A stretch of DNA of 64,000 nt from assembly GCA_951406725.2 (NCBI GenBank), contig OX597824.1:43958001-44022000 (forward strand). The letters run 5' to 3'. Below are positions 49,281 to 60,700 of this stretch, piece by piece; position 1 is the first letter of the stretch; each line of letters opens with the position of its first letter. A program made the translations under genes and the position numbers. The notes beneath the pieces were generated by a model. It ran no database searches, was not told the origin of the DNA, and saw only the letters and a list, made by a program, of their open reading frames with translations. The stretch comes from Octopus vulgaris. Lineage: Eukaryota.

Positions 49281-50926
49281 GTAAGTTTATACAACCAATT
49301 AGTTGCCACACAACTTGTAAATTTCCTTTTCCTTATTGCAACCAGACATTATGTGTAAGTGTTCTGATTTACAATAGTTTTTAATTTGTGTTCATGGAGT
49401 TGTTAGCTCCATCAAGAAAATCTACGATGCAGCCATAACTGATTGGTTATTTATATCTGATATATAGCTCCTTAAGTATTTGCTCTCGCTCCCCATCACT
49501 ACAATCTTTTTGTCCCATGTAGGCTAGCCATGTATCTTCACTGTAGCAAGACAGGCTTGTTCCTTATTGCATTTAAACTACCCACCAACACTTGGCATAA
49601 ATTCACCTCCACCCTCCTCAAATATTTCCCTCCCCACTTAGGGACTTTTACCTTTTTGTGTTCTTTTCCTGTCTTGCAAGTTACTTGGTGACTTCACTAG
49701 TGCTGGTAGCACAAAGAAAGCACGTAGTACACACTCTAAAATGATTGATGTTAGGAAGGGTATCCAGTCATCAAAACCATGCTAAAGTTGACATTGGAGC
49801 TTGATGCAGACTTGTGGCTCACCAGATCCTGTCAAACCATCCCACCCATGCCAGCATGGAAAACAGATATTAGATGATGATTTCATTCTTTCCTTATACT
49901 TCCTTATTGCTTTCATTGTCCATCATTTTCACTTCATAACTATCTTTGTATTAGTTGTACCTGTAATTCAAACAGCCAGCCTTGTCACATTCTGTGTCAC
50001 ACTGAATCTTTCTGATAACTACATTAAGGGTAAATGTCTGTAGAGTACTCAGCCACTTGTATGTTAATTTCACAAGCAAGCTGTTCCATTGATCGGATCA
50101 ACTGGAACTCTCATCATTGTAACCAACAGTACCAGTTGCATCCATACTCTGTTTTATTTCAGCAATGGCACTCCTTCTCTGTCAACCCACCTGTACCTTT
50201 CTCTTTCTCCTCTCTCATAAGACATCATGAAGCCTTCTTCCTGAATCTCAGACCACCAGTTCTTTTTTGAATTGACCTTTCTACTGGTTAATGGTGTTTT
50301 TCCATCTCCTGGTGTTTAATTTGAGATTTTTACTCGAGGCCTCTCTTTCTCTCTCTATCCATCTGTCCACTTGTCTCTTCTTCCTTATACTTACCTTTCT
50401 ATTTCTTACTCTGTCTACCAGCTCCACTTAATTATCTTTCTATCTTTTTCTCTATGTATCTTTCTTTTTTATGTTTACATCCATTTAGCTTTCTGCTATT
50501 GTATCCTTCTACTCATTCTTGTATCCATTTATCTTTGTTTCACCCTTCCCAGCTGTTTTATCTCTGCAATGGCCCTTCCCCTCCCTATCTGTCTCTCTTT
50601 CTCTATCTTACTCTACTCTTCCTCTCTCTCCTTTCCCAAAAGGCACCACATGACCATCCCATTTTTCAAGCTAGCCATTGTTTTGAATTGATCACTTTGA
50701 CAGTCAGTCTTAATTTTTTTTTTCCCTATCCCCTTGTTTGTGTAAACCAGGCTGAAAGGTACATTATCTTTGCCCTTTATCATGTGATATCTTCTCTTTA
50801 TATCTCTATATATTTATCTACCCTTTCTTATTTCTTTATGCTTAGCTTTCTATGCCTATTGTTTTCATTAAAATAATGTCTTTTCCCATTCTCTTTGTAT
50901 TATTCAAATACAGAGAATCTTGACTC

Positions 50927-52235
50927 TCACAATATAGAAACATTTCTCATGGCACCAGCAGACAATATGTAAAAGGCATTGCCCTGGATGATAGCAAGGG
51001 AGATGCACTGGAACAGCCACTCTGATTCTCTGGGCTTCCATTTGCAGACAGCAATCTCTGCCCTGATAGCAGTGAGCAGGGATATGGTCTGCGGACTAAG
51101 GATGCTGGAGGTCTCAACCGCCACAGGCTCAACCATAAACCTGTCAGAGAGTAACTGATACCCCTGGAGATTATGTCACAACATGTGGCATCCCAGATGA
51201 GTGGTCTACTGCCACAGAATGGGAAAATTGTAATACCTCCCGGCTTTCTACCATCCCCTCGGTCTAGCCCTGCTGGCTTGAGCTGGGAAGGGAAGCCTGT
51301 GACATCTACACCATGCTTTATGATCTTGTTAAAGGCAGTCAGCACTATGACAGCATGACTGTGGGTGGAGGCCAAAAGAATCCATAATGGACCTGCAGCG
51401 GTATTCATGAGGCTCACAGATCTGAAGACCAAGCCTCAGGGAAACACTAATGTGCAGGCAGTTGCCATCAAGGTTAGTGCCATTTGCAAGTGATGGCACT
51501 GCATTGATCCAAGCTTTTCTGTGAGGCTCAGAGGCTGAGCAGAAACATGCCAGACAGTGCTGGTCAAGTTGGTGCACTAACTTGTCTGCTGTCATACTAC
51601 ACTGGATGATGTCCCATTTCTTTTGAGAGGTCCAGACGTCCATACAGGGGAGGAGATGGACAGCAGTGGGACACAGGCTGAGCTGGCTCCATGTTGCATA
51701 AGCTGCTTCACATGCCTCAATCACAGGTGGTTCAGCTGTGTTGTGAAGAACCCTATTAATGAAGACATGGTAAGAAGTCGTCAATGAGAGAAAAGCCAGC
51801 AAGGCCAGTGAGACTGGAAAATGAAGCCAAGGTCGCCATATGTGATGAGTAAGATGACCTGTTGCCATCCACTGTCGTCAAACTGAATGTTGCATATCTC
51901 TTTAGTGACCTGTTGAATACAGGCATTGAGAAGCACTGTGGAGGATGTACAATAGCTTTAGCATGGTGAAGCAGTTCCTTTACAGGAACAGAGCTTGATG
52001 GACATTTTTCAAGCTGCAGGAGCTTAGACCTGAAGGTGGAGAGAATGGCAAGCAGAAAGATCAGTGAACCAAAGGTAAGGATATCCTCCTTTGAGGTCAC
52101 CTGTACTTGATGAAGTAGTGAACATACCTCTAAGATGGAGGCTGCAGTTGATGTTCTTGACCTCTGACTTGGACAAGTTTATCTCAGGGCTGATCTTTGC
52201 TAGAGCGGGAACCACTGATCAGAGATCATGGTAGA
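50927..52235 (-). mobile_element. RLE-type (CRE-like) non-LTR retrotransposon 3' fragment
   Basis: SLRLGL.ICEPH..RC...D.FGLH..SC zinc motif, PAGLDRGDGRKPGGITIFPF..SRPLIWDATC, and F.PVAVET...LFQ.ISLAI.QGNA; frameshifted. Confidence 0.75.
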
Positions 52236-53529
52236 CACTCTCTCCTGGCTCACCTATCATCGCATCATTCAGGTAACCATCCTTATATTTTTCTCTATTT
52301 ACATACCTTTCTTGCATTCATTTATCTCTCTGCTTACCTTCCTTCTTTGTAGCTGTTTATCTTTTTGTTTTTTCCCTTTTTTCATATTACCCCTACTTAC
52401 TCTGTATTATCTCTGCTACAGCCCTTCCTCTCTCATTCTCTGTCTTTGAATCCATCTGCATGAATTCCCTTTTTTCCTTCCCAAAAGATACCATTTGATC
52501 TTCCTGTTTTCAAGTTACCCATTCTTTTTTTCAATTGACTACTCATTCTATTTGTCAGTAGCTTTATTTCCATCTGGTTTGTCTATTTTTTTTTCATTTA
52601 AAAAAAAAACAAAAACCTTTTCTATTTTTTCTCATCTTTGCACAATTTTTTGCACAACTCTGATTTTTGTCATTCAGTCAGAAGACATTTTATATTTCTA
52701 CAAATATCTGTGTTGTTTTATCCTTGCCTATTTTCCTCATAACTCATCTTTATTTACTTTTTGGTTTACAAACCTCTTTTCTTGTTATTGTACTTGTCTC
52801 AATTTCTCTGTCCTTTATACATAAGTAGCGTATGTTGCTGACTCTGACAAACTTGACAATATTGTTAAAAAGCTCAAAATTGTGATGATATTTTGTCAAC
52901 TGATGAGGAGGCTGAATTTGTCTGCATCTGTTGTTTGGGTTTGCTTTTTCTGTTGTCCCACTATACCACACACACATATATCCAGCTCGTACCTGGTTTC
53001 ATTGTATGGTTACTGAAGACAAAATATATTATTTTCTATTTGTTGTATTTTAAGGAAGCTGCAGCTTCTATTGTGGTTGACACTAGATATTCTTATCTCT
53101 ATTGATTTATGGCATGGAAGTAACCACATGAAGAGCAATGTAGGCCATTGTTCCAAAACACAGCAGATATTGTTTTAATATGGTTTAAGGACTGTACTAA
53201 ATATTTTGTTCATTGAAATGGAATGGGATACATTATGCAGTCATAACATCAAAGACAATAAGCTATTGCTTAATGTTTAAACTTATAATTACCATTTATT
53301 GTTATTTAGGTTGAATTTACTTAAACAATTGAGAGATATCTTATTGTTAACTTGGGTTTCTGTTTGATAAATTTTGGTAGTTTGTTACTGTTATTGTCAT
53401 TAAATTGATGCAGTCTTTCTGTTCAAATCAGTATAACAGCTGATTTCATATCAATTTAGCATGATGTATTTTAATTATATTGAGTTTAGTGGTCTTATAA
53501 AAGCATGCTCATCTAATTTACTACCCTGA

Positions 53530-53905
53530 TACTCTTTTACTTGTTTCAGTCATGTGACTGTGGCCATGCTGGAGCACCGCCTTTAGTCGAGCAAATAGAC
53601 CCCAGGACTTCTTCTTTGTAAGCCTACTACTTATTCTATCAGTCTCTTTTGCTGAACCGCTAAGTTATGGGGACGTAAACACACCAGCATCGGTTGTCAA
53701 GCGATGTTGAGGGGGGGGGGACAAACACAGACACACAAACATATATATACAACAGGCTTCTTTCAGTTTCCGTCTACCAAATCCACTCACAAGGCTTTAT
53801 TCAGCCTGAGACTATAGTAGAAGACCTTGCCCAAGGTGCCACGCAGTGGGACTGAACCCGGAACCATGTGGTTCATAAGCAAGCTACTTACCACACAGCC
53901 ACTCG
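53530..53905 (-). mobile_element. tRNA-derived SINE, well preserved
   Basis: Reverse complement begins gagtggctgtgtggtaag...ccgggttcagtcccactgcgtggc; same family as 28888-29335. Confidence 0.88.
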
Positions 53906-55009
53906 CATTCTTGTTGTTGAACAATCTAAGTCACTATACTTGAAAAAAAATCTTAAACATAAAAGATAGGCATCATGGAATTTCCCTTCATATTGCACAT
54001 TTTTCTTTTAATATTTTTTGTTGTGTATTACTGTGGTTTTGTTCTTCACACACTTTAATATCTTGAGTCTTTCACACTATATTGGTTCAGTTTTGTGCTC
54101 ATAATCCCATTTTCTTCCTAGTGAGTGTGCTGTAATCTGATAATTGGTACAAAGTATCATTCTAGGTCTTCTTTCAACCTTTGGAATTTCTTCTCTAATT
54201 CTTTGACAGAATCAGTTATGAGAATTAGGTCATCAACTTACATGGATAGCTGGTCTTAAACTCCTATATTATGGTCTGTTGAACTGTGATAAACAAGGAT
54301 AAGCTGAGAAATTAGTGTTGGTGAGACACCTGTCTACATTGCTAACTTTTACCTTTTTGACTTATCTTTGTATATGGTTGACATGGGTCTCTCACAAACT
54401 ATTTAGCTACACCTCAAAAGGCTAGTTTCCAGAATTCTGTGGCAAATATATTCCCTACCTGGACAGGAAGCTGGTCCATCACAAGATTAGTAAGTTTTGT
54501 TAGCTGAGTAAACTAGAGCAACATGAAATTAAGTATTTTGCTCAAGAATATATGTTGCCCAGTCCAGGTACTATCACAATTGCACACCATAACCACTAAG
54601 CCATGTACCTCCACAATCTGCACCTAACACTACTATTCTAAATATGGTACTCTCTGAAAGACCTTCTTCAGAAGTTGCCTCACTAGAAAGAGGTTATTGG
54701 TAGGACCTCATTATGCATCTCATTTAAGCTAAATCTCTTCCAAATTAACCTATCTTTTTTCTAATTACACTAACAATTTCAGTTTTTCAATCTGGAGACT
54801 TAACACCCCACAATAACCACTTTGGTGTTTTAAGTAGCATAGTGATACAAAAATTGACTCCAAGATTTAAATATTCCACCTTTCCAGGGGTTTTTCAACA
54901 CTAATATCCAACTCTTTATATATGATGAACCACACTTTACCTACCTTTTACATATTTGCTGATAATTCTTGCAGCATCACTGATTTTTAGTGCCTACCAT
55001 AAGAGCAAT

Positions 55010-55640
55010 GAAGGGTGGTGGACTGTCTGAATTGTTAGCATTAGAAAAAGTATTTCCTTCCAGCTCTTTACATTTTGGGTTCAAATCATGTCAAAATCAT
55101 CTTTACTTTTCATCCGTCCAGAGTCAATAAAATAAAGTGCTAATCAAGTACTTGGTTCATATAATGGACTAACTACCTCCCTGTAAAAATTGCTGGCCTT
55201 GTCCATAAATTTAAAATTTATTCTTTTCTATTTTAGGCACAAGGCCCGAAACTTGAGGGAGGGAGGGAGGCAGTCGATTAGATCGACCCCAGTACACAAC
55301 TGGTACTTAATTTATCTGACCCAAAAGGATGAAAGGCAAAGTCGACCTTGAACTCAGAACCTAAAGACAGATGAAATAATGCTAAGTATTTTGCCCGGCA
55401 TGCTTACGTTTCTGCCAGCTCGCCGCCTTAAGCAGAATCTGTGGGATGTTGGATGAAATGTATTACAGTATTTCTCTCAGCTCTTTTACATTCTGAGCTC
55501 AAATCCTTAAGTGAAGTTTTTATTTCATTCCTCTCAGGTCAATAAAAGAAAATATCAGTCAAGTAGTAGGGTCAGTATAATCAACTAACTCTTCCCCTCA
55601 AAACTTCTGGCCTTGTCCCTAAATTAGAAATTATTGTTGT
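55010..55640. repeat. Cluster of three SINE copies (two sense, one antisense) abutting MOCS3 exon 11
   Basis: Same family as 36735-37675; antisense copy at ~55230-55430. Confidence 0.78.
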
Positions 55641-55649
55641 TGTTTGCAG

Positions 55650-55749
55650 GAATACAAAACTTTTCTTGACCAACACTTGTCTCATGTCCTTATTGATGTT
55701 CGGCAACCTGTTGAATTAGAAATCTGTTCTCTGCCAAAGAAGGCCATCA
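55650..55749 (+). CDS. MOCS3: MOCS3 exon 11 (start of rhodanese domain)
   Basis: ttgcag|GAA...ATC A|gtatccttt; EYKTFLDQHLSHVLIDVRQPVELEICSLPKKAI. Confidence 0.93.
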
Positions 55750-57451
55750 GTATCCTTTATGAATTGCATTGAAAACTGTGACAGAATTATTTGGATTACT
55801 TTTGCAAATAGTCAAGAGCCACTGTTTTGGGAAATCTGTAAAACTTATAATTTCAAACAAAAATGTACAATTAATGTAGTTGAAAGAGAAGAAACCAGAT
55901 TTAATATCTACAATAAGTTAAAAACAAAAAGGTATGGTTTCCTAATAGAAAACAATAATCAACCTTTAGATGGATGAAAGAGTAATGTTCTTAGAGATAG
56001 AACGTTTTCAACTTTACATGGCTTTATATGAAAGCCTATAATTCTGCTGCTGTATATAAATGAAACAATCATTAACTCCACTATAGGTTATCAATTCAGT
56101 TATCAACATTGATGTCAATGACGAATGAGGGACAATAACTGCTACACTAAGTTAATGAAATACCCAACTGCACTATATTGCCACAATTTGCTGAATCAAG
56201 CTAATTGCAATACTTATTTCTAGATGGGAGTTGTTCATTGAAAATGTGTTGCCTGTAAATACAATGTATTAAAGGAACGAACCTCTATATGACAGCTCAT
56301 GTATTAAAAGTAGCTAATTTCTGTCATATCATATAACCTAAAACAAGGACATAGTTGTGTGTCTAAGTTACACACTGAATATAAGATTGAATAGTCATGG
56401 CTGGAATGCATTTGATCATAGGTTTGCTGAAACTGAATTGACCTGGAGCTAAACAACAACAACAGTGCTAGGATGTGAACTCAGCAGGATATTCATAACA
56501 GGCTTGGAGAAGGGTATCAAGATATGTAGAGCCCTTTCCAGACAGTTTGGAAAGAGAATATTCAAAGAAATTGTTATAATTCTGCTTTATAAGTGTGAAA
56601 TATGAACACTCACAAGGTCCACGGTCAAATCCTCCAATGTGTACTAGATGTGTACTCCAGATAATCAGTGGAACAAATGATATAAACATAAATTGTAGAA
56701 GAAACTTGAGTGTCTTCAACTATAGCCCCTGGGCCACCGAAAACCTTATGAGTTGATTTGGGAGATGTAAACTGAAAGGCATTTGTTATATACATACACA
56801 CACATATATAGGTGTATCCATGTCTTTGATATCGCTTACTAGTTGTAAAGAAGTATCACCATTGTACAAATGGTGTCCACAATTTCCAATCTTCCATGAG
56901 AACATGTCAGGCCATGAGGCAGTATTACCTTTCATGGAAACAAGTGAAGTTGACAAAAGGAAGGGCAACAGGCCATAGGAAACCTGCCTCATCCAATTCC
57001 CATGCAGGCATGGAAATGTGATGATCATAAATTGTCTCTAGTGTTAAATTTTGTTTTGAAATCTCAACACTATAAATAAATAGGTGGTTTACAATTTTAT
57101 ATTTTCTGTACAATTAATTATGAATTCATTTATATTGAATTCATCTTATGCAATTTGGTGCATTTGTGATGATTGAAAATCTACATAACAAATATGTAAA
57201 ATATTGTATACTTATAGATTTCAGATTCTCATTAAAAACTTTTAAATTTAGGTAATCACAGCTCTTATTCAATATAACAACTTAGTGAAAGTAACCATTA
57301 TCATTACTTCTAAATACTGGTTTTGGGATTTTTTTTTTAATATTTTGGTACTTTTAGTGTTGCAGTAATATTTAGTGTATACATTTATTGCAAGTGATTT
57401 TCTTCTGTACATGATTTTCAGTGGTGTGGAATTTTACTCCTTAACAGAAAG
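55750..57451 (+). other. U12-type GT-AG intron (MOCS3 intron 11, phase 1)
   Basis: 5' GTATCCTTT; branch point TCCTTAAC at 57438-57445; in-frame AG at 57450-57451 restoring N-I-P. Confidence 0.88.
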
Positions 57452-57672
57452 ATATTCCAATGTCTGACGTAAGAAATGCAAAGAAAATCAAGTCACTGCT
57501 TTCAGAAGACCAAGATCAGGGTAAATTGATTGTGGTGGTGTGTCACCATGGTAACGATTCACAAATTGCAGTGAAAAAGCTACAGGAAGTTTTTACCAAC
57601 CTGATTATAAAAGACATACGAGGTGGTATCTCAGCTTGGGCCCAACTAGTACCAAATTTTCCTCAATATTGA
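57452..57672 (+). CDS. MOCS3: MOCS3 exon 12 (rhodanese catalytic loop and stop)
   Basis: IPMSDV...VVVCHHGNDSQIAV...IKDIRGGISAWAQLVPNFPQY*, matching the CxxGNDSQ, GG..AW and FP.Y C-terminus of MOCS3. Confidence 0.95.
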
Positions 57673-57758
57673 TGGAAGAACTTACTTAATGTTCTGAACT
57701 TGCCATAATTAAGCTAAGTTTTGAAAAATTAATCTGATTTTAAAAGTTTTGGCATATA

Positions 57759-57764
57759 AATAAA
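57759..57764 (+). promoter_or_regulatory. Candidate MOCS3 polyadenylation signal
   Basis: First AATAAA ~87 nt after the stop; the motif is common in AT-rich DNA. Confidence 0.4.
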
Positions 57765-60700
57765 TGAGTTGTTTGCATTCTATTCAACAAGGAGCCATGA
57801 TAGTGAATGATATCTCAAAAGCTATTATCAGTGTTGAGAAAACACGACTAGCTGACAGGTACTTTCTCTGGACATTCAGAAGCTTCTGCTTCAACATTGA
57901 CAGTTTTGATTTTTTTTGTTATCACATTTTTTAATACACTTCCTGTATATTTAATATTGAAAATAATTAAAAAATGAAATAATAAACTAACTTCTCATTT
58001 ACTACAATCTTTTGTCTCTGCCTTACAACTTAAATGCTTGTATTTAAACTAACTTGCTATAATAATTTCTTGTAAGAACCCATATTTGTTTACTTATGTG
58101 TGAAACAACAGCATAATGCAGAAATAAGTATAAAAATTAGGTGTTTTAGTAACTACAACCAAATTAGGAAACACTTCAGTTGTCTAATATGGTTAGGGGA
58201 AAGGTTAAACTGTACTTATGTCATCCTCATTTTGATCATCAAATAAAGGACCTTGCCTATCTGAGGCTAATACTCAAATAATATAGAGAAACTAGATTCA
58301 ATCTTTGAGGTAATGAACTGAGGTACAAGTTATAAGAAATGCAATGTTCCTACTTCATTTTTATGTACATTTTAAATAAACTTTCAGGTCATAATATGTG
58401 AGGTGAGATAAATAAAAATCAATAGTAAAAAAAAGAAGAAATCCAAGTAAGATGGATGAAAATATTTTATGCATTTCAATATTTAAGGGTTTTGTTATAC
58501 ATATTTGCAAATATTTTTAGACTCCTCTTTCCAACCACCAGTGGATAAACAATAGGTATGTATATATGTGTAATGAAGTATATATGTGACATATATATTT
58601 ATACACACATAAACACTAGTATATCTGTTACAAGCATTTGTAAAAATGCGAGTTGAAATAAACAGCTTTTTAATAATTTGAGAAAGGACTAAAATAAAAA
58701 TAGGAGAGATAGAAACGTACTCTTTCTTAATCAAAATATTAAATTTTCTCACAAGAATGTGGAAAAAAATATTATCAAACCAAAAATTTGTTAGAAAAAC
58801 CTTTTACTTCCAAAGAGGTTCAATAGTAAAAATATAAAAAAAAAAGGCAAACTAATTAAAACAGAGAAAGAGGGGGGGAAAAGTAGGAGGATTAAAAAAA
58901 AAAGCTTTGAAGTGCTTGCAAAATAATTATTTAAAATGTTTATTCTTTATCCATTGTACAATTTGAAGTCATTGAATTAAAAAAATAGAAACAAGAGCAA
59001 TTTTTTTTCCAAAGGAAACTATATCTGTATGAATATTTACGAAGTTATTTTACATAAACCTCTTTGCACACACAGTATATAGAGAAGCTATATTGTTGGG
59101 CAGGGTGGGAGAAGGTTTGCACAATATCAACTAACACCTCATCTGAAATAATTCTTAAAGGGCCTTAGGGTGGCAGTGGGCATTAAAATACCTATTTTAG
59201 AAAAATTTGTCTTCCATCAAAATTGTATTCTACACAAAAACCATTCATTCATCAGGAATCATATCTTTGATATTAGTGATGAAAAGAATTTGTTTAATTT
59301 ATTTATTGTTTTCATTTGAATAAATATTGTAGTCTATAAGAAATTATGATTGGTTAAAACTTTAAGAGGACTTTTAATTAAAAAAAATATAAAGACTAAA
59401 ATGTGTTCTTTAAAGGCTGAAAAATAACCAAATATTCCACTTTTATTTATTTAATTCTGTATATTATTCAATAATTGTTTTTGTTGTGGTAAGGGAGGAA
59501 ATAATTATCTCAGACCAAGTTACTGTGCTGTTAGCATTTAGTAGTCACACGAAACAAAGTTCTTAAGAGAAACCAGAACAAAAAGCAAATTAAAGTCTTG
59601 AAGAATATATATTTTGTCTGCTATTTGAGATCAAAATAAACTACAGGGCAAGACTAGGCTTGACATTCCAATACAAACATTGAATAGCTGGCCAGGGCAA
59701 GTTAGAATTAATTCTAACAATTCAAATGAAATATTGTGAAAACTATTTATAATAATGATGCCTAAGAAATAAAAATGGAGATTCTAAGAAGATTGAGCAA
59801 TAAATATTTCAAGTAAGACAGAAAATAATAGACTGACAGTTAACAAACATAGGCTTGTGGCTAGATTAGATAAGACAAGAACTGAAATCTTATGGACAGG
59901 ATGTTATAACAATACAACATTCATGAATGGTAGTCATGTCCTGGCTGAGAAAGGGTGCCATGTAAGGTTATGCCTGATTCTGAAGTAATTACGGTACAGT
60001 AATTTACAACTGTACAATCCATAGCAGTCTTCCTATAATCTGCTGCCCTCTCCCTCCCAGCAAAATAGAGGGAGCAACTCCCTCTCCATACCATCCCCCT
60101 TGCATCATGAACCAAGAAAATATTTGTAGAGATGTGTGTAGGTATTTTTATCTGAAATACCAGACAAGACAGGGCTAATAACAGTATAAAAACCCAAGAG
60201 CATAACTGATAGTTGTATAAAGCAGTAGAGATCAAGTGACATTTTCCCTAATTTTAAGAGAGTTATGCACACAATGTGTGGTTCAGACAGCAATAAAGAG
60301 AGAAATAGAATATACAAGAATAGCTTATGGACATGTCAACACAAAATATGGATGGCAGTTAAGATTTGCACATGAGGGACGGCTGGTAAGTTGGACATAA
60401 AATTCTAAGGGAGTGCTGAAGAAAGATTAAAAGGAAAGGCTAGCTCTTCAATCTTAACTCAGTTCTTTTAGGCAAACTACACTATGTCAAGTAATGATGT
60501 AATTTTTCTTTGGATGGAGACATTGTTCATTCTAGCTTACATATTTTAATTTGGGCTGTATTTATGAAGGAAACGAGGTCAACCAGTGTCAAATATGAAA
60601 AATATTTGGAGAAAAATAAGATTAATGAGAGAAAATTCCCCTTTCAAGCTCTTGCCTCATAACAATTTTTCTTTTATACTCCAATTTTACAACCCAAATC

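Noticed and set aside
50371-50876. Hydrophobic ORFs (also 44459-44900, 47236-47727, 52228-52824) resembling membrane proteins
   Set aside because: Artefacts of CT-rich low-complexity intron sequence with no recognisable motifs
52880-52920. TGTGATGA...CTGA resembling a C/D box snoRNA or hammerhead
   Set aside because: Boxes are too close together, with no terminal stem, recognisable guide or GAAA core
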